Below the pieces are notes generated by a model. It was given only the letters and a program-made list of their open reading frames with translations, was not told the DNA's origin and did not search any database. Position numbers and translations under genes: made by a program. Of a stretch of DNA of 8,718 nucleotides, positions 1-7,499 are shown one piece after another. Source of the stretch: Octopus sinensis (lineage: Eukaryota); contig NW_021828264.1 in assembly GCF_006345805.1 (NCBI RefSeq), positions 1-8,718 of the forward strand. Direction: 5' to 3'. Numbering within the stretch: position 1 is the stretch's first letter; each line of letters starts with the position of its first letter.

Positions 1-249
1 ACTTTGCAAGAAATAACAGCAATGCCTCTCTCATATTGAATAGTATTATGATTACATGAAGGAAGGCGTATTGGATACAAATAAACGATATGATGTAGGC
101 TGGATCATTAACCGTTAAAGGCGAGCCTGGATGGGCACTGACCTAGGGCTAAAAGAAAAAAAGGAAAAAAGCAACTGGATCATTCATCAGCTTTTGTGTG
201 TATGTGTGATAATATTATACATAGCTTTTAGGTTTTTTTATATGTTTAT

Positions 250-259
250 CTCTCTCTCC

Positions 260-321
<62 letters not shown>

Positions 322-407
322 GTAACTATCTTTCTATCTATTTATCTATCTATCATATATATATATATATATATATATATACGTGTGTGTCTGTGTGTGT
401 GTGTGTG
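250..407. repeat. Compound microsatellite (CT)n-(TA)n-(CA)n-(TATC)n-(TA)n-(GT)n
   Basis: Directly visible tandem di- and tetranucleotide runs; explains the SLSLS/THTHT tail of ORF 131..325. Confidence 0.95.
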
Positions 408-600
408 AATATTTATTGCACAAAGTGTTGCGTCTACAATTATACATTTAATTGAATAAATAATTTAATAAATGTGTAAATCGCCCGAAATTGCTGGCCT
501 TTGAATCCAGTTTTAAAACTATTCAAATCTATATTCTTGCTCTTCCACATGTATTAAATCACCCCCCCCCCCCCATGTATTAAATTACTTGAATAAAGAA

Positions 601-733
601 TGGCTGAAGAGTAAAGAAGTTCACTTTTCCACCCTCCGCGGCACATTCGCTGAATGTCTTCTACTCTGGTCCCGGATCGACCGATGCTTTGCGAGTAAAT
701 TTGATAGACGGAAGTAAAAACCCAGAAGCCTTC
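601..733 (+). mobile_element. Old, degenerate 5' fragment of the same tRNA-derived SINE family as 3154-3537 and 8351-8718
   Basis: Collinear with the younger copies: tggctg..gtaa; gcggcacattcgctgaatgtcttctact vs gtggcaccttgggcaagtgacttctact; cgacc; gcgagtaaatttgatagacggaag vs gcgagtggatttggtagacggaaa; agaagcc. Confidence 0.65.
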
Positions 734-1103
734 GGCAGTTTCTATTCAAAAATGGTTTTTCAACCCAGTATTTTCATGTTGTTATTTATTATTTCTAGTC
801 CTTTGTGAACCTCGAAAGCCAAAGTTCCAAAAAAAAAAAAATTATAAATAAATAATTTTTTTTTTAAATGTATGAAACCGCCATTGGTGTGATTATTAGT
901 TTATTTCATTTAATTTCTACGAACGTCTCCCTGCATTTGGGGTTTTGTTAACGAGGGCCATGGACAATGCAGCCCGCATTTGCGATTCTAATGTAACATG
1001 GAATCATCTGGCATCCCAGATAAAAACTTGGTCTAAATATTCTTTCAACTAATTCAAATCAACATGGCAAAATACTGAAAAACAGTGGGCCCTGTTCACA
1101 ATT

Positions 1104-1160
1104 TAATACACAATACATAATATGATATAGCAGGTGTGTAATATATATTACATAATATAA

Positions 1161-1202
<42 letters not shown>

Positions 1203-1422
1203 GTATAATATTTCTAAAATATACAATATGATATATGATAAAATACAACATATAATATAGTTTAACGATGTAATATCGCAAAATATGATGTAATGTAATA
1301 AAATATGATGTATATAATACATAATATGGTGTACAATCCATAATATAATCCGTTGTATGATATATAATACACAACAGACAATATAAACGTATAGTATGAG
1401 ATAAAAAATATACGAAATAATA
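1104..1422. repeat. Degenerate AT-rich (TA)n/(ATAAT)-like low-complexity tract
   Basis: Long pure (TA)n core within an I/Y-coding AT-rich stretch; accounts for ORFs 1059..1436 and 1096..1464. Confidence 0.9.
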
Positions 1423-1638
1423 TAGAGGTTGACCAAAAGTCACCTGAGAGTAAATCAAAACCATTTTATTCCAAGATTTATTTGTTTAACAATTGAAGGA
1501 ATTTGATAAAAGCATCTAAATATGAAACATCATGAAAATGGTTCAAATTGAAGTCCTTCTTGAGCGAAATAGTTTTCCATTCGAGTCAATACAGAATTTC
1601 AGATAGTATTTATGGAAGTTTGATTTTGGCCAACCCTG
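1423..1638 (-). mobile_element. Tc1/mariner-superfamily internal-deletion derivative (MITE-sized)
   Basis: Imperfect TIRs: tagaggttgaccaaaa (1423-1438) and the reverse complement of 1624-1638, cagggttggccaaaa. Both are flanked by TA (1421-22, 1639-40). Minus strand 1598-1530 reads NSVLTRMENYFAQEGLQFEPFS*, like a Tc1/mariner transposase C-terminus (R..C...EG..FEH.L*). Confidence 0.6.
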
Positions 1639-1676
1639 TATGTTAATATATGATATAATGTGACGAAAAATATATG

Positions 1677-1880
1677 CTTTTCTACTCGAGGCACGAGGCC
1701 AGAAATTTTGGGGGAGGGGTCCAGTCGATTAGATCGACCCCAGTACGCAACTGGTACTTAATTTATCGATCCCGAAACGATGAAAGGTGAAATCAACCTC
1801 GGCGGAATTTGAACTCAGACAGACGAAATACTGCTAAGCATTTCGCCCGGCGTGCTAACGTTTCTGCCATCTCGCCGCCT
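1677..1880 (-). mobile_element. tRNA-derived SINE, second family (octopus OK/OR-type; Meta-domain-like core)
   Basis: Minus strand begins aggcggcgagatggcagaaacgttagc (A-box-like) and has B-box gagttcaaattcc (1816-1804). Core is cctttcatcgtttcgggatcgataaattaagtaccagt, and the tail ends ggcctcgtgcctcgagtagaaaag. Exact family name not established. Confidence 0.8.
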
Positions 1881-1910
1881 TGTGACAATTCAACCAGACT
1901 CGGCTCATCT

Positions 1911-2215
1911 TGAACCCTTTTGTTACTCTATTGTTGTTGAAATATAATCCCTTGGTGTCAATTAATTTTGTAAAAAGTGAAGAGCTTAGGAAAATAAATT
2001 TCTCAATGACAAGTCGGTGTTTGGAACATGGATTAACGTGGAATTTTTACGGATGCTTTTTATTAAGATCTCGTTAACCCTTTTGATAGTATATTTCTGT
2101 TAAAATACCTTTATCTCAATTAATTTTGAAAATGGTGAGTTTAGTAAGATAATTGCTTTCATTGAAACATAAATCAACACGGAATTTCAATGGAGATCAT
2201 TATTGATCTGTAGAA
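1911..2215 (+). repeat. Diverged head-to-tail dimer of a ~163-bp interspersed repeat unit
   Basis: Units start at 1911 and 2074. They share aacccttttg (1913-1922/2076-2085), caattaattttg (1959-1970/2117-2128), g(g/a)aacat and ggaattt in collinear order. Confidence 0.7.
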
Positions 2216-2340
2216 AACAAGGATTTTTATTATAGAACCAGGAGAGGACCAGATGGCTTAGTATAAAAGGAAATAAAAGTTTAACAACAGCTAAGTATTG
2301 AACTTTTTGCCTCTGTAGGGCAAAAGAAGCTGATGGGTGG

Positions 2341-3100
2341 CTCTCTTCGCAAGTGAGGCCAATTTTGATTTGCAGTAAATCGTAAAATGGCGTCTAAGTG
2401 ATGTTGGATCGTAAACATATTTTCGTTTCTCTTCACCACAAGCGCCATTTTAATGTCGCCTGCACATCTGCGGTCTTTGACAAAATTGTATGTTTTTGTC
2501 TATAACCGACGATATGAGAAACAATAAGTCATTCCAGGTACGACACCTTGAGATATAAACTGTTATCACTGCAGACTGCTTCAGATAAAGGAAACGTCGA
2601 ACGTCACTTCATTCCGGTTTTCAAAGAATTCAGACAGTCGCAGTCAAGTTTCGAACTTTCTTCTTATATCAACCATCCCCTCCTCCCAAAATTTGGCATA
2701 GACTAAAATAGTCGCCCACCCCAAAGACTTGGTGGAACTCACGGTGTACAGAATCAATTTATAAAGAAAAAAACACTTGATTTAAACAACAGACTTTTTC
2801 GGATGTCATTGTGTTGTTGTAGGAGTTGCGTTTCGGAGGCAGAATCCGTGCTGAGAGATGTTGAAATGATTCTGTTTGTCTAAGTAGCTTATTATCCTTC
2901 TGTGTAACACCTCTTTCCAGAAGTCTTTTAAGATGTATTGTAAGCGACCCGGGGCTAGAGTTGCTTGTCTGCACGAAACGTATCTCGTTATTAACTACTG
3001 TTATTTTCGCTTCTTTTCACCATTATTGGCAGACGATCAGCATAGAAATAGCTCTGTTAATGTCTTTCACAGGGACTAGAACGGCTTAGCTTGGCAGAAC
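2341..3100. promoter_or_regulatory. Unique CpG-retaining region, possible promoter or 5'-UTR-like sequence
   Basis: About 31 CpG in 760 bp (hand count) versus about 6 in the preceding 460 bp. Two oppositely oriented YY1-like AAAATGGCG motifs, a CCAAT and KLF/Sp-like C-rich boxes. No recognisable ORF. Confidence 0.25.
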
Positions 3101-3153
3101 TATAAAAGATTAACAAGAATATCATCAGATATTCTCCAAATCAAATGAAAAAT

Positions 3154-3537
3154 TGGCTGTGTGGTAAGTAGCTTGCTAACCAACCACATGGTTCCGGGTT
3201 CAGTCCCACTGCGTGGCACCTTGGGCAAGTGACTTCTACTATACCCTCGGGCCGACCAAAGCCTTGCGAGTGGATTTGGTAGACGGAAACTGAAAGAAGC
3301 CCGTCGTATATATGTATATATATATGCCTGTGTGTATGTGTGTGTGTGTTTGTCCCCTAGCATTGCTTGACAACCGATGCTGATGTGTTTACGTCCCCGT
3401 CACTTAGCGGTTCGGCAAAAGAGACCGATAGAATAAGTACTGGGCTTACAAAGAATAAGTCCCGGGGCCGATTTGCTCGACTAAAGGCGGTGCTCCAGCA
3501 TGGCCGCAGTCAAATGACTGAAACAAGTAAAAGAGTA
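3154..3537 (+). mobile_element. tRNA-derived composite SINE, nearly full length (octopus OK/OR-type)
   Basis: A box tggctgtgtgg (3154-3164), B box ggttcagtccc (3197-3207), CORE-like ccttgggcaagtgactt, internal TA/TG microsatellite (~3306-3350), 3' module ending gactgaaacaagtaaaagag. Highly similar to the copy at 8351-8718. Confidence 0.9.
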
Positions 3538-3810
3538 ATCCGACTGTGTGTGTGAGTGTGTGTGTGTCAGTATATGAGTTTGTACTAACGATTCTGCACT
3601 CCACTCACACTACCCCACACAAGTCTCCATTACCTCTCTAACACCCGACACCCCTAATGTTCTACGACCCCAGACAATAAGGGTACATACCTGGCCAGCA
3701 AAACGCAAGATATTTTTATTTGTTTTTGTTTGTTTTTCGTTTCTTTTCATTCCATTTTTGATCCGTTGTCTGTGAGACACCGGGTCTGTTACGGGGGAGA
3801 TAACTGGATG

Positions 3811-3934
3811 CACCACAACAACAACAACAATCTAGACTACCCAACACACCACTACCACCACCACTACTACTACTACTACTGCTACTATTACTACTACTGC
3901 TGCTGCTGCTACTTCTACTGCTGCTGCTGCGACG

Positions 3935-3992
<58 letters not shown>

Positions 3993-4107
3993 TACTACTA
4001 CTACTACAGTACCAAAATCAACCACTGCCGCCACCAACAACAATAGCAACAATAACGAAAGTAACAACAGATTATTAATTGCAAAATCATCATCGCCATC
4101 GCCACCC

Positions 4108-4140
<33 letters not shown>
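3811..4140. repeat. Compound trinucleotide array (CAA/CAC/TAC/TGC/GAC)n, ending in (CAT)11
   Basis: Visible in-phase triplet runs; (CAT)11 at 4108-4140. Explains ORFs 3730..4191 and 4004..4195. Confidence 0.95.
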
Positions 4141-4142
<2 letters not shown>

Positions 4143-4155
4143 GCTCCAGCATCAC

Positions 4156-4237
4156 TTACGTCACTGTCAACATCCCCACCCCCTTGTGTAAACATGACGT
4201 CAGGGTGGCATAAGGTGACAGCAACTCACGTGACGTG
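4156..4237. promoter_or_regulatory. Cluster of bZIP/bHLH/Fox-type motifs (candidate enhancer)
   Basis: TTACGTCA 4156-4163, GTAAACA 4188-4194, perfect CRE TGACGTCA 4195-4202, TCACGTGA 4226-4233 overlapping TGACGTG 4231-4237. Motif matches only. Confidence 0.25.
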
Positions 4238-4257
4238 CTATCAGACATATCTGACTG

Positions 4258-4605
4258 ACGATGGTGACGACGACGACGCTTATGATGATGATGATGATGG
4301 TGGTGGTGATGATGATCGTGAGGATTATGTTTATATTCAAGATGGTGGTGATTTTAGTGGAAATACTGACGACGATGATGATGATGACGACGATGATGAT
4401 GACGATGATGATGATGACGATGATGATGATGACGATGATGATGATGATGGTGATGGTGATGGTGATGATGATGATGATGGTGATGGTGATGGTGATGGTG
4501 ATAATGATGATGATGATGATGATGGTGGTGATGGTGATGGTGATGATGATGATGATGGTGATGGTGGTGGTGGTGGTGGTGGTGGTGGTGGTGGTGACGA
4601 TGATG
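4258..4605. repeat. (GAT/GAC/GGT)n trinucleotide array
   Basis: Visible triplet repeat that gives stop-free homopolymeric ORFs in four frames (poly-D/G, poly-M/V, poly-I/T, poly-S/P). Confidence 0.95.
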
Positions 4606-4835
4606 CCCACACTGTAGATGTCAGTAATTTCTTCAGTCAGTCAGACAGTATCAGTTCTTCCAAATGGCGCCAAACGTTTTCACTAACTTACCCCACTCTC
4701 TCCCCCATCTCCCCTCTCTCTCTCCATCTCCCACCTCTGTCTCTCTCCCCACCGTCTACTGACATTTCTCTACATCTCTAAACCATTCCCTATCATCTTT
4801 GACATCTTACTCTCTAACTATCCCCCTCACTTCGC

Positions 4836-4975
4836 ATATACGTGTGTGTGTGTGTATGTGTACATACATACATATATGTGTGTGTGGTGTATATATGTAC
4901 ATATAAATATATATATATATGTATATATGTATAAATGTATGTATATATGTATGTATGTAAGTATGTATATTAATA
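4836..4975. repeat. (TG)n/(TA)n/(TATG)n microsatellite
   Basis: Directly visible. Confidence 0.9.
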
Positions 4976-5107
4976 AATAAATGACAAAAGAAGAGGTATT
5001 ACGTATTCACAGCCATTGGCTTACGTTGTTTCTGCTGTGAAGAACTGTGCACCCAGAGGTAGGTGATAGCTTGACATCGTATGGCTTCTTCGGAGCCTTA
5101 ACTGACA

Positions 5108-5260
5108 CGCATACAGACAAATATATATATATACATATACGTGTGTATATGTGTGTGCGTGCGTGTGTGTAAAAAATTAAATATATATTTATAATATGCA
5201 TGTACACGAGTGTGTGTATGCAGATATAAATACATGTGCAATCATGTCATTATATATGCG

Positions 5261-5323
<63 letters not shown>

Positions 5324-5430
5324 CATACAACACATACATATCTATATATATATATATTATATATAATATATAATATATATGTATACATACATGCATACAT
5401 ATACTATATATGTATATATATATGTATATA
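5108..5430. repeat. Compound (TA)n/(TG)n/(TACA)n microsatellite
   Basis: Directly visible; source of the IYIYIY ORFs. Confidence 0.9.
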
Positions 5431-5461
5431 TTTTCTCCGTCTTCCTTTCCTGTTGGACTTT

Positions 5462-5501
5462 CCTGTGCCTGTGAATGCGCACACGCATTTACAGGCACAG
5501 G
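5462..5501. other. Near-perfect 18-bp hairpin with 4-nt loop
   Basis: cctgtgcctgtgaatgcg-caca-cgcatttacaggcacagg: 17 Watson-Crick pairs plus one G.U on the plus strand. Confidence 0.85.
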
Positions 5502-5918
5502 TGTTCGTAACCTTCGCAGTCACATCTTCAGAGCAAAAATGTGTTGGGATGTATTGCTGCCCCTGTATTAAAAAAAAAACTGACTGAAATCAATCGTTGT
5601 AGATGTTTCTGCCTGAAATCACTGAAGCGTTGGATTATATTTGTGATTGGTGTGTGTTGTACAAGTGTTTATTTCAACACACAATTGCTTCCATCATTAG
5701 TTTTCTATTTAGTGGTGAAATTTATCAAGGCATGGAGCTGCCTTGATGACTAATATTTTGCTAATTCTGCTTTACATGGTGGCTGTAAAATCTTGATGAG
5801 TTGATGGAGACCCATTGTAGTGTCAAATGTAACATTTGTTCCGTTTGTAGACTAATTTATAAACCATATCCGTCGTTTGTAGTTTCTTGGAATGCTTACC
5901 AAAACAAAAAATGTTTAC

Positions 5919-5984
<66 letters not shown>
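5919..5984 (+). repeat. (AAT)22 perfect microsatellite, 5' flank of the R4/Dong element
   Basis: 22 consecutive AAT units, seen as 22 N residues in ORF 5892..6089. Confidence 0.97.
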
Positions 5985-6461
5985 CTGACTAAGAAGGAAT
6001 ATATTCACAGACACGTCAGACTTAGAACCTATATAAACTGGAAGCTATGCCGACACTTTGGAATATCAACAGAGAAAAAGATGGTATAGGCACACCCCAG
6101 AAAAGGTCATAGGAAATGAGAAAGCAACCATGCTCTGGATTATGCCAATACACACAGATAGAGAAATCAAGGCTAATAGGCCAGATATAGTTGTCAGAAG
6201 TCACCAAGAAAAAATGCTTTTCTAATCGATGCATTAATACCAACAGATGACTACATTTCTCTAAAAGAAACGGAGAAACTTTCAAAATACAAAAAGCCGG
6301 AAATAGTGGTAACTCGAATGAGGAGCTTAAAAACAGAAACAAATCCTATAATAGGCGCATTAGGTATGAAAAAAACAAGACTTACTAGTATATGTAACAC
6401 ACAGAAAATAACACTACTAGGCACTGCACACATCCTACGTAAAACTCTTTCAATACAGTAA
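5985..6461 (+). pseudogene. Disrupted R4/Dong ORF C-terminus (RLE, PD-(D/E)xK-type nuclease)
   Basis: +1 shift in the A5 run at 6075-6079, -1 shift near 6211-6221, native stop TAA at 6459-6461. RT and CCHC motif are absent (truncated). Confidence 0.88.
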
Positions 6462-6484
6462 CGATAAGAGCATCACAACAAACC

Positions 6485-6485
<1 letters not shown>
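5985..6485 (+). mobile_element. 5'-truncated R4/Dong-clade non-LTR retrotransposon remnant (restriction-like endonuclease region and short 3' UTR)
   Basis: Conceptual translation across two frameshifts: LTKKEYIHRHVRLRTYINWKLCRHFGISTEK / RWYRHTPEKVIGNEKATMLWIMPIHTDREIKANRPDIVVRSHQEK / LIDALIPTDDYISLKETEKLSKYKKPEIVVTRMRSLKTETNPIIGALGMKKTRLTSICNTQKITLLGTAHILRKTLSIQ*. This has the RPD..(L)ID..IP..KE.EK..KY RLE motif and the GALG...Q...LLGT..ILRK C-terminus typical of R4/Dong. Confidence 0.9.
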
Positions 6486-6545
<60 letters not shown>

Positions 6546-6566
6546 TAATAATAATAATGATAATAA
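6486..6566 (+). repeat. (TAA)27 microsatellite with two TGA variants, 3' flank of the R4/Dong element
   Basis: 81 bp of in-phase TAA, with TGA at 6543 and 6558. Confidence 0.97.
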
Positions 6567-6779
6567 GCTTATTGTATAGTGTTCAGTTACACGACAAATA
6601 ATGTCGAAAATGTTGATGTAAAATAACTGTGATGTAATGCGGTTACGTGTTATGAAACTATTATGACAAAAGCGTTCATGGCATTGGGACACGGATTGTG
6701 GGGGTGTCATGTAAACTTACAGCTATTAAGGGTTGTAAGAAATGATGAAGGGCCCACGGAGGAATTGTGGAAGATCTTT

Positions 6780-6780
<1 letters not shown>

Positions 6781-6823
<43 letters not shown>

Positions 6824-7038
6824 CAATATGTGTGTGTGTGTGTTATCCATGTATATATACGCATGTGTCAGTGTATATGTATATAAATATATATATATAT
6901 ATATCTATATAATATATACTTATATATATTATATATATATATATTATACATTATATACGCAGTGTCAGTGTTATATGTTATATACGCATGTGTCAGTATA
7001 TATATATATATCATATATATATATATATATATATATAT

Positions 7039-7090
<52 letters not shown>

Positions 7091-7108
7091 ATACATCTAT
7101 ATGTATAT
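6781..7108. repeat. Compound (TA)n/(TG)n microsatellite
   Basis: Directly visible; contains an imperfect internal duplication of tatacgcatgtgtcagt. Confidence 0.92.
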
Positions 7109-7206
7109 AATCAGGCAATAATCTAATAGCTCTGCGTTGGCAAGACTTGAAAAAATATAGAAAAGAGTGAAAGGCGTAGAGTGAAATTGCCGTGAGGAGT
7201 AGAATA

Positions 7207-7239
7207 TCCAACGTTTCGGATTAAATCCTTTGTCAGGGT
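7207..7239 (-). ncRNA. Degenerate minimal type I hammerhead ribozyme motif of the PLE
   Basis: Minus strand ACC-CTGACAA-A-GGAT(TTA)ATCC-GAAACGTT-GGA: CUGANGA box with G8>A, stem II, GAAA, loop-less palindromic ACGU stem III, GUU at the cleavage site, 2-3-bp stem I. Confidence 0.65.
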
Positions 7240-7499
7240 GCAGAGGAAAAACAGAAGAAAAAGAGAAAAAAGTCAGAGTTTACATCCTCTCAGCTTGAAA
7301 AACTGGCTGCAACTGATAATGGACCCAGAATAACATGGGCTGCTAACGTGAAACAGAAGTTATAGGAGAGGGTGTACAGAAAGGAGGAGGAAAAGGGTGA
7401 TGGAGAGAGTAGAGGTAAGTAAATACAAGAATGTTGCAGAGAGAGGGTGGAAGGAGGATTAAAAAGGGTAAAAAAAGAATTAAGAGGAGGTGAAAGGAC

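Noticed and set aside
1-150. Possible decayed 3' end of an octopus interspersed repeat (gcaagaaataacagc, ctgacctagggctaaa)
   Set aside because: Resemblance from memory only; there is no second copy in the window to support it.
832-865. 14-bp A/T-only hairpin
   Set aside because: Formed mostly by adjacent A and T homopolymers; expected by chance in AT-rich DNA.
2759-2974. 71-aa minus-strand ORF in unique sequence
   Set aside because: GTG start, an in-frame stop shortly upstream (3019-3017) and no recognisable motif.
3730-4191. 153-aa poly-Y/C/N/H ORF
   Set aside because: Translation of the compound triplet microsatellite.
4194-4781. 195-aa Asp/Gly-rich ORF resembling acidic biomineralisation proteins
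   Set aside because: It coincides with a (GAT/GAC/GGT)n repeat that is open in four frames; there is no signal peptide, domain or splice support.
5724-5754. 9-bp hairpin atcaaggca/tgccttgat followed by CTAA|T, like a Helitron 3' end
   Set aside because: The hairpin-to-CTRR distance is only about 2 nt, shorter than typical, and no matching 5' TC end was found.
5806-5918. Cys-rich frame (METHCSVKCNICSVCRL) upstream of the R4 fragment as its CCHC zinc knuckle
   Set aside because: Spacing does not fit C-x2-C-x8-H-x4-C, and it is separated from the element by the (AAT)22 tract.
5892-6089. ORF joining poly-Asn to a nuclease-like peptide
   Set aside because: Chance read-through from (AAT)22 into the truncated R4 frame; it stops at the first frameshift.
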